A stretch of 64,000 bases of DNA. It comes from Candidatus Aldehydirespirator sp. GTDB taxonomy: Bacteria; Actinomycetota; Acidimicrobiia; Acidimicrobiales; Aldehydirespiratoraceae. Below the pieces are notes generated by a model, which was not told where the DNA came from, did not search any database, and saw only the letters and a list, made by a program, of their open reading frames with translations. The position numbers were made by a program, and so were the translations under genes. Shown piece by piece: positions 9,027 to 17,806 of this stretch. Position 1 is the stretch's first letter, and each line of letters opens with the position of its first letter. The stretch spans positions 3,818,841 through 3,882,840 of the forward strand of contig OZ241894.1 in NCBI GenBank assembly GCA_965203575.1, read 5' to 3'.

Positions 9027-9899
9027 ATGGAGTGCCCAGTGGAGCGGTGGACCTTGACGATTAGACAACTTGCATCGCGCTGGATGGCGGTGCTGTTGGC
9101 GGTGGCGGTCACAGCGGCGCTGTTGGCGACTCCCGCCGCGGCTGCGCCCGGCGGACCTGCGCCCCCCGACGATGACACGCCAACGCATGGCACCGACGAC
9201 ATGAGTGACGCCGGCAATGGCAAATCCGTCGGGCCCGGCGGGCCGGCTGGGCCTGCCGAGCCGGTGGCAAGGACCGGCGCGGCAACCTACACGATGACGG
9301 CGGCAACCCCCGGCGGCACGGCCCCCGACGGTCTGGTCGCGAGCACCGGTGCTGACGGCGTGGAGGCCGTAGCGGCGACGCTCGATGACGGAGCGTTCTT
9401 GGCGGTGCTAATCATCGACGACGCCCACGACCCCACCGAGTTTCGCTTCGATGGAGCGATCCCGGACGGGCACAGCGCTGCAGTTCAGGAGGACGGATCG
9501 GTGACGATCTTCGACGCCCACGGCGAGCGTGCCGGAGGATGGGTAGCGCCATGGGCTGTTGACGCCGATGGAGAGACAGTGACGACCACCCTTGCCGTGG
9601 ACGGCACCACGCTGGTTCAGACGGTGAACCACACCGGCCACACGTACCCAGTCGTCGCTGACCCGTGCGGCGGATGGAACGGCTTCTTCAAGTGTCTGGC
9701 GGCGGCGACAGTGGTCGCGGTCGCGGTGTCGACGTGCACAGGCTCCGGCGGCGCCGCATGCGGACTGGCTGTCGCAGGGGCCGTCGCAACTCTCGGCGTT
9801 CTGGTCACGACCCCATCACCGCCTCCGCCGCCGCCTCCTCCGCCGCCACCTCCTCCGCCGCCGAGGCCGAGACCTTGCAATAGGCCCGGGTGCCGATAA
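9027..9899 (+). CDS. Secreted/membrane-anchored hypothetical protein with a C-terminal TM segment and a poly-proline tail
   Basis: N-terminal signal-like region (WMAVLLAVAVTAALLATPAAAAPG). The C-terminus has hydrophobic Cys/Ala/Val segments followed by PSPPPPPPPPPPPPPPPPRPRPC. The start is uncertain. Confidence 0.5.
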   Translation: MECPVERWTLTIRQLASRWMAVLLAVAVTAALLATPAAAAPGGPAPPDDDTPTHGTDDMSDAGNGKSVGPGGPAGPAEPVARTGAATYTMTAATPGGTAPDGLVASTGADGVEAVAATLDDGAFLAVLIIDDAHDPTEFRFDGAIPDGHSAAVQEDGSVTIFDAHGERAGGWVAPWAVDADGETVTTTLAVDGTTLVQTVNHTGHTYPVVADPCGGWNGFFKCLAAATVVAVAVSTCTGSGGAACGLAVAGAVATLGVLVTTPSPPPPPPPPPPPPPPPRPRPCNRPGCR

Positions 9900-9969
9900 G
9901 AGATGTCCGCGTGTCCGGGCTTGACGCCGCCAAGCCCGGTCAGCGACCAAGACCCTGCACTAGGATCGA

Positions 9970-10248
9970 GTGCCGATGAAGGCTCGAACGCTGATGAAAG
10001 ACATCCGCGTCTACGGGCTCGACGCCGCCGGCCGCGAGGGCACCATCTACCGGATCGTGTACGCAGTGATGATGACAGCGCTCGCAACGACCGCCGTGAT
10101 GGGTTTCACCGCGTGGTTCGTCCACGAACTGGCACCGTGGTTGGCGCCGCCCGCATGTGTCGCGGCGGCGACGTCCGTCGCCCTGCGGCTCCGGGCCCGG
10201 CGGCTGCGAGATGTCGTGACGTTCCCCAGCGCATACGAGAACAGCTAG
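9970..10248 (+). CDS. Small hypothetical membrane protein
   Basis: 92-aa ORF with two hydrophobic stretches (IVYAVMMTALATTAVMGFTAWFV; LAPPACVAAATSVAL). No homology recognised. Confidence 0.3.
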   Translation: MPMKARTLMKDIRVYGLDAAGREGTIYRIVYAVMMTALATTAVMGFTAWFVHELAPWLAPPACVAAATSVALRLRARRLRDVVTFPSAYENS

Positions 10249-10276
10249 CGACACTCGGGCGATTCGGCGACTCACT

Positions 10277-10304
10277 CAGACCGATAGGTCCAGACCGATA
10301 GGTC
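10277..10304. repeat. Perfect tandem 14-mer x2 (CAGACCGATAGGTC), each with GACC..GGTC inverted arms
   Basis: Read directly at 10277-10290 and 10291-10304, in the convergent intergenic region upstream of the tpx stop. Confidence 0.6.
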
Positions 10305-10417
10305 GAGCTTGGACGTATACCCCCTAGCTTCCAGGGCCGCAGCGGGCACTGTGATCCAAATTCTTCCGAGGCTCTCGGGACCACCACAGCGGAGCTGAAA
10401 TGCCGTTTGGGAGCCGT

Positions 10418-10918
10418 CTAACCCAGCGCGGCGATAGCGGCGTCGTAGTCGGGCTCGTCGGTGATCTCGCCCACGAGTTGGGAGTGCAGCACGTTGCCGT
10501 CGGCGCCGATCACCACCACCGCCCGGGCACACAGACCGACCAGAGGTCCGTCGGCGATGCCGACCCCGTAGTCGTCGAGAAACTCCGCGTTGCGGAAGGT
10601 CGAGGCAGTGGTCACGTTCTCGATGCCTTCAGCCTCACAGAACCGTCCCGCCGCGAAGGGCAGGTCGGCCGACACGCACACGACGGTGGTGTCCTCCATG
10701 CTGGCGGCGCGCTCATTGAAGGCGCGCACGCTCTGGGCGCAGACCGGCGTGTCGATCGATGGGAAGACGTTCAGCACCACTCGGCTGCCGAGCAGGCTCT
10801 CCGACGTCACGGCGCCGAGGTCGCCTCCGGTCAGGGTGAACGCGGGGGCCGCCGAACCGGCGGCCGGCAGATCGCCGCTTGTTTGGACGGGATTGCCCTT
10901 GAATGCGGTTGTGGCCAC
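10418..10918 (-). CDS. tpx: Thiol peroxidase (atypical 2-Cys peroxiredoxin, Tpx)
   Basis: Peroxidatic Cys in FPSIDTPVC and resolving Cys in SADLPFAAGRFC. A length of ~166 aa from GTG 10918 matches Tpx. The longer ORF-track start (11095) is rejected. Confidence 0.9.
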   Translation of the reverse strand: MATTAFKGNPVQTSGDLPAAGSAAPAFTLTGGDLGAVTSESLLGSRVVLNVFPSIDTPVCAQSVRAFNERAASMEDTTVVCVSADLPFAAGRFCEAEGIENVTTASTFRNAEFLDDYGVGIADGPLVGLCARAVVVIGADGNVLHSQLVGEITDEPDYDAAIAALG

Positions 10919-10924
10919 GGATGT

Positions 10925-10930
10925 CTCCTT
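10925..10930 (-). promoter_or_regulatory. Shine-Dalgarno (AAGGAG) for tpx
   Basis: The minus strand reads AAGGAGACATCC-GTG. The spacing to GTG 10918 is 6 nt. Confidence 0.7.
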
Positions 10931-11033
10931 CGAATCTGATCTCGGTCTTGCACTCGACGGGTCGCCACACCGGTGCGTGACGAATGATCTGTGTGCAGAT
11001 CGGAGGCTACCGGGACCCGCCGTTACCATCCCA

Positions 11034-12455
11034 ATGATGCAGCCGGAGCAGGTGCCGACGCCCGACCCGCTTGATCTCGAGGCCTTCCGCCGCAACGCCC
11101 ATGCTCTGGTGGACTGGGTGACCGACTATCTCGCCGGACTCGGCGCCAGGCCGGTCCGCGAGCCGGTGGAGCCCGGCGAGGTACGGGCCAAGCTCCCCGA
11201 CGACGCGCCCGAGCTGCCCGAGCCCTTCGATGCGGTGCTGGCCGACCTCGACCGGGTGGTCGTGCCGGGGCTGACCCACTGGCAGCATCCGGGCTGGTTC
11301 GCCTTCTTCCCGGCCCAGACCTCGCCGCCGGCCGTGCTCGGCGAGTTGGCCGCGGCCGGCATCGGCGTACAGGGGATGCTGTGGGCGACCTCGCCGGCGT
11401 CCACCGAGCTCGAGTCCCATGTGCTCGACTGGCTGGTCGACCTGCTGGACGTGCCCCAGTCGTGGAAGACGACCGGACCGGGCGGCGGGGTGCTCCAGGC
11501 CGGTGCCTCGACCGCCACCCACACCGCCATGGTGGTGGCCCGCGAGCTGTGCCGTGAGCGCACCGGAGCGCCGGCCGAGAAGATGGTGGCGTACACGTCC
11601 AAACAGGCCCACTCTTCGCTGGAGAAGGGAGCCAAGCTGACCGGGTTCGGTCACATCCGCCTGCTGGACGTCGACCCGGACTTCGCGGTCCGGCCCGAGA
11701 CACTGCTCGAGAGGATCATCGCTGATCGCAAGCACGGTCTGGTACCGGCCTTCCTGGGCTCCAACGTGGGCACGACCGGCACCGCCGCGGTCGATCCGCT
11801 GCGCCCTCTAGGCGAGATCGCCCGCTCGGAGCAGATGTGGCACCACGTCGACGCCGCCTACGGGGGCTCGGCCATGATCTGCGACGAGTTCCGCCACCAC
11901 CACGACGGCCTCGAACTGGTCGACAGCTACACCTTCAACCCCCACAAGTGGCTGGCCACCAACCTGGAGTGCTCGGTGATGTGGGTGGCCGACCGGAGGC
12001 CCCTGATCGACACGCTGAGCGTGGTGCCCCCCTACCTGCGCAACCCGGCGTCGGAGTCGGGCCAGGTGATCGACTACCGGGACTGGCACGCACCTCTGGG
12101 CCGGCCGTTCAGGGCCCTAAAGCTGTGGTTCGTGCTGCGCAGCTTCGGAGCCGAGGGCCTGCGGCGGATGATTCGCAGCCATGTCGGCTGGGCCCGAGGG
12201 CTGGCAGACCGCATCGACGGCCATCCCAGGCTGGAGCGCATCGCGCCGGTGCACTTCGCGCTGGTGTCGTTCGTGCACCGCGACGGCGACGGCGCCACCG
12301 ACGCCCTGGCCGAGGCCATCAACGCCGACGGCCGGTTCTACGTGACCCCCTCGGAGATCGACGGGAGGCGGTTCGTGCGGATCTCGGTCGGGTCGACATG
12401 GACCACCCGGCGCGACGTCGACGCGCTGTGGCACCTCGTCACCGCCCACGCCTGA
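11034..12455 (+). CDS. Pyridoxal-phosphate-dependent group II decarboxylase (aromatic-L-amino-acid/tyrosine decarboxylase-like)
   Basis: N-terminus LDLEAFRRNAHALVDWVTDYL..HWQHPGWFAFFP, and the PLP-lysine motif FNPHKWL. ATG 11034 gives 473 aa. The ORF-track start 10590 would run antisense through tpx. Confidence 0.85.
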   Translation: MMQPEQVPTPDPLDLEAFRRNAHALVDWVTDYLAGLGARPVREPVEPGEVRAKLPDDAPELPEPFDAVLADLDRVVVPGLTHWQHPGWFAFFPAQTSPPAVLGELAAAGIGVQGMLWATSPASTELESHVLDWLVDLLDVPQSWKTTGPGGGVLQAGASTATHTAMVVARELCRERTGAPAEKMVAYTSKQAHSSLEKGAKLTGFGHIRLLDVDPDFAVRPETLLERIIADRKHGLVPAFLGSNVGTTGTAAVDPLRPLGEIARSEQMWHHVDAAYGGSAMICDEFRHHHDGLELVDSYTFNPHKWLATNLECSVMWVADRRPLIDTLSVVPPYLRNPASESGQVIDYRDWHAPLGRPFRALKLWFVLRSFGAEGLRRMIRSHVGWARGLADRIDGHPRLERIAPVHFALVSFVHRDGDGATDALAEAINADGRFYVTPSEIDGRRFVRISVGSTWTTRRDVDALWHLVTAHA

Positions 12456-12583
12456 CCCGCGTGCAGGGGCCGGGCCGCGGGGAGCGCGGGAAGCCCACAC
12501 CGTCGTGTATGTGTGCGGTGAGGGGATCGTGGTCGGGCGCGGGGAGCGCGGGCAGCCGCTGGTCTAGGGCCGGCCGCCCAGCG

Positions 12584-13024
12584 TCACACGTCTCCCACGC
12601 GCAGCACGAGGACACGGTCGGGATCGTCGGTCAGGTCGGCGATCGACGTGTCGAAGGTCGCCAAGCAGCCGTGGTTGCGCACCGCCAGAGCAAGCAGGTG
12701 GGCGTCGGTGACCTGGCCGTGGCCGGTGAGGCGGGTTGTGTCGAGTTGCGGGCAGCGGGCGATCTCCACGTCGTCGGCCCAGAACTCGTGGCCGTCCAGT
12801 TCGGTCAGCCTGCGCAGCACCAGCGCCGCCTCCGCGGGCGTGCGAGCGTCGGGGATCACCCTGCGATTGGACGACACCCTCACGAATCCGGACTGTGTCG
12901 CCGGCGAGGTCGCCCATGCACCCCGACGGATCAAGTCCGTGAACCATCCGGCCGCGGCGTCGTGGTGCACATGGTTGGGCCAGGCCAGGGCGACGAGCAC
13001 ATTGACGTCGAGCAGCGGGGTCAC
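12584..13024 (-). CDS. vapC: PIN-domain ribonuclease toxin, VapC family
   Basis: 146 aa. MTPLLDVNVLVAL (first acidic residue), QVTDAHLLALAV and ATFD. It overlaps the upstream antitoxin gene by 4 nt. Confidence 0.8.
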   Translation of the reverse strand: MTPLLDVNVLVALAWPNHVHHDAAAGWFTDLIRRGAWATSPATQSGFVRVSSNRRVIPDARTPAEAALVLRRLTELDGHEFWADDVEIARCPQLDTTRLTGHGQVTDAHLLALAVRNHGCLATFDTSIADLTDDPDRVLVLRVGDV

Positions 13025-13242
13025 GGCTCCTCGCAGGCGTCTCGAACCATGTCCGGCGTGATCGGCGCGGCGTCAGGGGCGACCTCGAAGACGGGAAGTG
13101 TTCCGGAGGTCCCGACCCGCTGGGACTGCCAACCCCGGCGGGCCAGATCCGACACCACCGCCCCGACAGAGGTCGACCGCTCCATGGCCAGGATCCGGGC
13201 CCGGGCCAGCACATCGTCGTCCAGGTTCAACGTTGTTCGCAT
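13021..13242 (-). CDS. Type II antitoxin (VapB-like, MRTTLNLDDDL type)
   Basis: 73 aa from ATG 13242. MRTTLNLDDDVLARARILA is the typical N-terminus of antitoxins paired with this VapC subfamily. Confidence 0.7.
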   Translation of the reverse strand: MRTTLNLDDDVLARARILAMERSTSVGAVVSDLARRGWQSQRVGTSGTLPVFEVAPDAAPITPDMVRDACEEP

Positions 13243-13332
13243 TACAACATCATAGCATCGCATCACGGCTTCTTAGCATCACTGGACAACCGATGGCGGC
13301 TCGTCGGCAAACGCCTGATAGAAGGAACCGCC

Positions 13333-14121
13333 ATGAGAAGCAACCCCATGCGAGAGCGCTGGGCAGCAGGAGAACCCGCCATCGGCGGTTGGCTGGGCAT
13401 CCCCAGCTCCTACTCCGCGGAGATCGTGGCCCGCTGCGACTTCGACTACGTCTGCGTCGACATCCAGCACGGCCTGCTCGACTACGGCGACGCGTGGCAC
13501 ATGCTGCAAGCCATAAACCTGGGCTCGGCCACCCCTGTGGTGCGGGTGCCGTGGAACGAGCCGGGCATCATCGGCAGGAGCCTGGACTCCGGCGCCAGAG
13601 GGATAGTCGTTCCCATGGTCAACACCCGGGCCGAGGCCGAGGCCGCGGTGCAGTACTGCCGGTACGCCCCCGACGGCAGCCGCAGCTACGCCGGCACCCG
13701 GGTCGTGCGCCAGGAGGGCAGCGACTACTTCGCCAACGCCAACGCCGACGTGGCTGTGATCCCGATGGTGGAGACCGCGGAGGCGGTGGACAACCTCGAC
13801 GACATCCTGTCGGTGCCCGGCGTGGACGCGGTGTACGTGGGGCCCTCGGATCTGTCGGTGACCCTCGGCTTGAGCCCGGGCAACAACGACGGCGAGCCCG
13901 CCTTCGACGCGGCGGTGGCCCGGATCCTCGACGGCTGCGCCCGCCACGACGTGATCGCGGGGTGCCACACGGTGTCGGAGCTGTGCCAGCGCCGCATCGA
14001 ACAGGGCTTCCGGATGATCACGGTCACCGCCGACACGGTGGCCCTCACCAGAGGACTAGACGACGAACTGCGCCGGGCCCGTGGCCAGGGGCCGGTGATC
14101 CGCTCGGCCTCGATGTACTAG
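13333..14121 (+). CDS. HpcH/HpaI-family aldolase (2-keto-3-deoxy acid aldolase type)
   Basis: The pattern GGWLGIPSSYSAEIVARCDFDYVCVDIQHG..VVRVPWNEP..GIVVPMVNT..AEAVDN..GVDAVYVGPSDL matches the family. Confidence 0.8.
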   Translation: MRSNPMRERWAAGEPAIGGWLGIPSSYSAEIVARCDFDYVCVDIQHGLLDYGDAWHMLQAINLGSATPVVRVPWNEPGIIGRSLDSGARGIVVPMVNTRAEAEAAVQYCRYAPDGSRSYAGTRVVRQEGSDYFANANADVAVIPMVETAEAVDNLDDILSVPGVDAVYVGPSDLSVTLGLSPGNNDGEPAFDAAVARILDGCARHDVIAGCHTVSELCQRRIEQGFRMITVTADTVALTRGLDDELRRARGQGPVIRSASMY

Positions 14122-14220
14122 CCGGTCCTGCTGACCCGACGGCCGCGTAGCAGGTCACGGATACGCTGACGCCCCACCCGGCCGGCTCAAATCGCAGCCG
14201 GCAGCAGCCAGGAGCCGCCA

Positions 14221-15444
14221 ATGGACTTCGAGTTCTCCGACGAGCAGCGAGCCTTCGCAGCCGAGGTGGAGGCCTTCCTCGACGCCAACGACGATCCCGA
14301 GGTGTTCGACGTGACCAGGGAGAACATGGCGCAGCTGGTCGACACCCCCGAGCGCCGGGCCTTCATGAAGGAGATGGGCCGCAAGGGATGGCTGGGCATC
14401 ACCTGGCCCGCCGAGTACGGCGGCAGCGAGGGCGAGGGCGTCTACGAGTACCTGCTCAACGAGGCTCTCGCCGCCCGGGGCGGCCCCCAGATCGGCAAGG
14501 GGGTCGGCATCGTGGGCAAGACGATCATCGCACACGGCTCCGAGAGGCTGAAGGCCGAGTTCCTGCCCATGATCCTCGAGAACGACGTGGAGTTCGCGGT
14601 GGGATACTCGGAGCCCGACGCCGGGTCCGACGCCGCCTCCATGCGGCTAAGAGCCGAGCGGCACACCGCGGGGGACGGCACCGAGGGCTGGCTGCTCAAC
14701 GGCCAGAAGATCTGGACAACGTCCGCCCACTTCGCCGAGTGGTACTGGCTCGGCACCCGCACCGACCCAGACAACAAGCACATGGGCATCACGTTGATGC
14801 TGGTGCCACTGGACCAGCCCGGAATCACCGTCGACGGCATCTGGACCATGGGCGACGAGCGCACCAACTCGGTGTTCCTCGACAACGTGTTCGTGCCCGA
14901 CGACTACGTGGTGGGCGAGGTCAACCACGGGTTCCGCTACATCAGTCAGGCCCTCGACCTCGAGCGCTTCACGATGTTCACGTTCTCCCCCATCAAGCAG
15001 CGCCTCGACCTGCTCACCGATTGGGTCAAGGACGCGGAGCGCGACGGCGAGGCGGTGCGGTCCGATCCCCGGGTGCGGGCCCGTCTCGCCAACCTGCACG
15101 CCGAGGCCGAGGTGGCCCGGGTGCTCGGCCTGAAGTTCGTGGCCGAGGCGGTGAAGGTGGAGCAGGCGGTGCGCGACGGCAAGGAGGGTTTCCAGCCGCC
15201 GACGGTGGCCGCCTCGGAGTACAAGCTCTACGCCACCGAGCTGTCCAAGCGCCTGGCCGACGCCTCCATGGACATCGCCGGACCGGGGGCGCAGCTCCGG
15301 GTCCACACCGAAGACGCCCCCATGGCCGGCCGAGCGGAGTCGACCTACCGCTTCACCGTGATCGACACCATCGGCGGAGGCTCCTCGGAGATCCAGAAGA
15401 ACATCATCGCCCGCCGGGGTCTCGGACTCCCCAAGAACTTCTAG
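14221..15444 (+). CDS. Acyl-CoA dehydrogenase
   Basis: 407 aa with AGGAG upstream. It has the ACAD N/middle/C domains (GYSEPDAGSD, WTTSAH, IGGGSSEIQKNIIARRGLGLP). Confidence 0.85.
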   Translation: MDFEFSDEQRAFAAEVEAFLDANDDPEVFDVTRENMAQLVDTPERRAFMKEMGRKGWLGITWPAEYGGSEGEGVYEYLLNEALAARGGPQIGKGVGIVGKTIIAHGSERLKAEFLPMILENDVEFAVGYSEPDAGSDAASMRLRAERHTAGDGTEGWLLNGQKIWTTSAHFAEWYWLGTRTDPDNKHMGITLMLVPLDQPGITVDGIWTMGDERTNSVFLDNVFVPDDYVVGEVNHGFRYISQALDLERFTMFTFSPIKQRLDLLTDWVKDAERDGEAVRSDPRVRARLANLHAEAEVARVLGLKFVAEAVKVEQAVRDGKEGFQPPTVAASEYKLYATELSKRLADASMDIAGPGAQLRVHTEDAPMAGRAESTYRFTVIDTIGGGSSEIQKNIIARRGLGLPKNF

Positions 15445-15454
15445 ACGTGACGCT

Positions 15455-16645
15455 GTGACTCCAGGAGCTCAGACTTCGGAGCGCACTGCCGCGCTGGCAG
15501 GAGTCCGGTTGATCGACCTGGCTCCGGTGGGTCCGGCGGCCCGGGCCACCCGGCTGCTGGCCGACTACGGAGCGGACGTGATCAAGGTCGGCCCCGTGCC
15601 CCGCCACGCCTCCGTGGCGGTCGTGCCTCCCGCCTACGCGTACAGCGGCTATCGCGGCATGCGCCGTGCGCTGTTCGACCTCAAGAGCGACGAGGGACGC
15701 GACGCCTTCCTGGCCCTGACCCGCGACGCCGATGTGGTGGTCGAGAGCTTCCGGCCCGGCGTGGCCGACCGTCTCGGCATCGGGTACGAAGCCGTCCGGG
15801 CCCTCAACGAGCGGGTCGTCTACTGCTCCACCAGCGGCTACGGCCAGACCGGCCCCCGCCGGCACTGGGCCGGCCACGACCTCAACTACCTGTCGGTGTC
15901 GGGCTACGTGCATTGCAGCGGCCGCGGTGCCGACGGCATTCCCGCGTTGCCCGGCGCCACCGTGGCCGACATCGCCGCGGGCGGCATGCACGCCGCCATG
16001 GCGATGCTGGCCGCCCTGGTGCGCCGTGAGCGCACCGGAGGCGGCGAGTACCTCGACGTGTCGGTGGCCGACGGAGCGATTGGGATGATGTCGCTGTACG
16101 CCGACGAGCATCTGGCCACCGGGGCCGAGCCCGGACCCGGCCACTACATCCTCACCGGCCGCTACGCCTGCTACGGCGTCTACGCCTGCGGCGACGGCCG
16201 GCACCTGTCGGTGGCCGCCATCGAGCACGTCTTCTGGGCGAACCTGTGCCGGGAGCTGGGCCTCGAGCGCTACATCGACGCTCAGACCGACGATGCCGCC
16301 CAGGACGAGATCCGGGCCGCGATCGCAGCCGTGCTGGCGTCGGCCGATCGCGACGAGTGGGTGCGGCGGCTCGGCCCCGCCGACTGCTGCGTGGCCCCGG
16401 TGAACAGCGTGTCGGAGGCAGTGGCCGACGAGCAGTACCGGGACCGCGGCGTGGTCGTGAAGGCCGAGCATCCCACCGAGGGCACCATCGAGCAGGTCGC
16501 TCCGGTCTGGGCCGGGGCCGAGCCTGCCGGCTCGCCCTGCGAGCTGCCCGACCTGGCCCTCACCCACACGGCCGAGCTGCTGGCCGAGGCCGGCTACGAC
16601 GAATCCCGCATAGCGGAGATGGCGGCCGCAGGAGTGATCGCATGA
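15455..16645 (+). CDS. CoA-transferase family III (CaiB/BaiF)
   Basis: GVRLIDLAPVGPAARATRLLADYGADVIKV, GYGQTGP and the D in ATVADIAAG. GTG start at 15455. It overlaps the next gene by ATGA. Confidence 0.85.
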   Translation: MTPGAQTSERTAALAGVRLIDLAPVGPAARATRLLADYGADVIKVGPVPRHASVAVVPPAYAYSGYRGMRRALFDLKSDEGRDAFLALTRDADVVVESFRPGVADRLGIGYEAVRALNERVVYCSTSGYGQTGPRRHWAGHDLNYLSVSGYVHCSGRGADGIPALPGATVADIAAGGMHAAMAMLAALVRRERTGGGEYLDVSVADGAIGMMSLYADEHLATGAEPGPGHYILTGRYACYGVYACGDGRHLSVAAIEHVFWANLCRELGLERYIDAQTDDAAQDEIRAAIAAVLASADRDEWVRRLGPADCCVAPVNSVSEAVADEQYRDRGVVVKAEHPTEGTIEQVAPVWAGAEPAGSPCELPDLALTHTAELLAEAGYDESRIAEMAAAGVIA

Positions 16646-17712
16646 CCACCGAGACCGGCCAGGACGTGCCGGCCGACATAGCCGAGCTGATCGGACGCCC
16701 CCAGTACCCCGACACCGCCGACTTCCCGGCCGAGTTGGGCTACGGCTGGAACACGCTGGCCGCCACCGAGAACGGCAACCCGCTGTACTGGGACGACGGC
16801 GTGGCTCAGATGCTGACCGGCGGCAGGATCCTGCCCCTCAGCACCCTGTCGCTCTGGCTGCGCCCCCACCGCTGGTCGCCCGGGGCGACCACCGAGCAGC
16901 GCCCCATGCAGTCGCACTTCGATCTCAAGGACCGCCTGGGGCTTCCTGAGGGGATCATGAGCGACAACACGGTCGTGTTCCATGATCCGGTGCGCCCCGG
17001 AGACGTGATCAGCCATCGCCAGGTCGTGAAGTCGCTGAGCGGTCCCAAGACCACCTGGCTGGGCACGGGTCACTTCTGGGTGATCGATATCGAGTACCAC
17101 AACCAGGCCGGCACCCTCGTGGGCGTGGAGTCCTACACCGGTTTCGGCTACCGCCGCGCCGACAGTCCCGCCGCTGCGCCGTCGAGGGTTGCCGGCGAGC
17201 CGTCCGGCTCCGAGACGGACGAGCCCCGGCCGCAGGCCAAGCCGGACCCCACCCACGACCAGGTGTCGGTGGGCGACGCACCGCCCGACCTCATCCACGA
17301 CGTGACCTCCACCACCGTCGTTCTGGGTGCACTGGCCAGCCGCGACTGGCGGCCCATGCACCACGACTACCACTTCGCCACCGAGCGCAACGGAACCCGG
17401 GACATCTTCTTGAACACGCCCAACCAGCTCGCCTGGATCGAGCGGGCCGTCACCGACTGGACCGGGCCCCGGGGCCGCCTGGGGCGGGTCTCGTTCCGTA
17501 TGCAGGATCCGGTCTTCCCCGGCGACACCATGACCATCTCGTCGGTGGTCACGGCCATGCCCATCGACGACTCCGGCTGCGGGTGGGCCGAGTTGGAGCT
17601 GGTGCTGCGGGCCGGCGACCGCGTCTGCACGACCGGGAAGGCCCGGGTGGCCCTGCCGATGTCGGCCGCCGACAATCCGTGGCAGCGCCGCGGCGAGGAC
17701 TGGCAGCCATGA
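16642..17712 (+). CDS. Double hot-dog fold (MaoC-like / FAS1-like) enoyl-CoA hydratase-dehydratase
   Basis: ATG 16642 (ORF-track start 16246 rejected as an antisense-style extension). Two hot-dog-like halves are joined by a P/S/E-rich linker (SPAAAPSRVAGEPSGSETDEPRPQAKPDP). Confidence 0.65.
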   Translation: MTTETGQDVPADIAELIGRPQYPDTADFPAELGYGWNTLAATENGNPLYWDDGVAQMLTGGRILPLSTLSLWLRPHRWSPGATTEQRPMQSHFDLKDRLGLPEGIMSDNTVVFHDPVRPGDVISHRQVVKSLSGPKTTWLGTGHFWVIDIEYHNQAGTLVGVESYTGFGYRRADSPAAAPSRVAGEPSGSETDEPRPQAKPDPTHDQVSVGDAPPDLIHDVTSTTVVLGALASRDWRPMHHDYHFATERNGTRDIFLNTPNQLAWIERAVTDWTGPRGRLGRVSFRMQDPVFPGDTMTISSVVTAMPIDDSGCGWAELELVLRAGDRVCTTGKARVALPMSAADNPWQRRGEDWQP

Positions 17713-17729
17713 CGGCCCGTCGGCTCGGC

Positions 17730-17795
17730 CTCCCGCTCCTGTTCGCTGCGCTCACGGGCCGCTCAGGCCACGGCCTCGCTACCGCTCGGCCTCTG
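17730..17795. repeat. Copy A of a short dispersed repeat element (intergenic)
   Basis: The 50-nt core at 17730-17779 matches 34204-34253 with 2 mismatches. The 14-nt tail CCGCTCGGCCTCTG (17782-17795) matches 34281-34294. The element fills most of the 94-nt intergenic gap. Confidence 0.8.
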
Positions 17796-17806
17796 GGGAG
17801 GCACTG

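Noticed and set aside
10966-10980. CACACCGGTGCG in the tpx/decarboxylase divergent region, resembling the CACACCGGTGTG palindrome at 39737-39748, as a possible shared operator
   Set aside because: A shared 10-mer is expected many times by chance among all position pairs in 64 kb. There is no third copy or consistent promoter geometry to support a regulon.
10590-11033. Upstream extension of the decarboxylase ORF (ORF-track start 10590), and similarly the 16246 start for the hot-dog gene and the 3728, 1820 and 11095 starts
   Set aside because: The extensions run antisense through, or overlap, neighbouring well-supported genes and lack family similarity. The internal starts have an SD sequence or overlap-coupling support.
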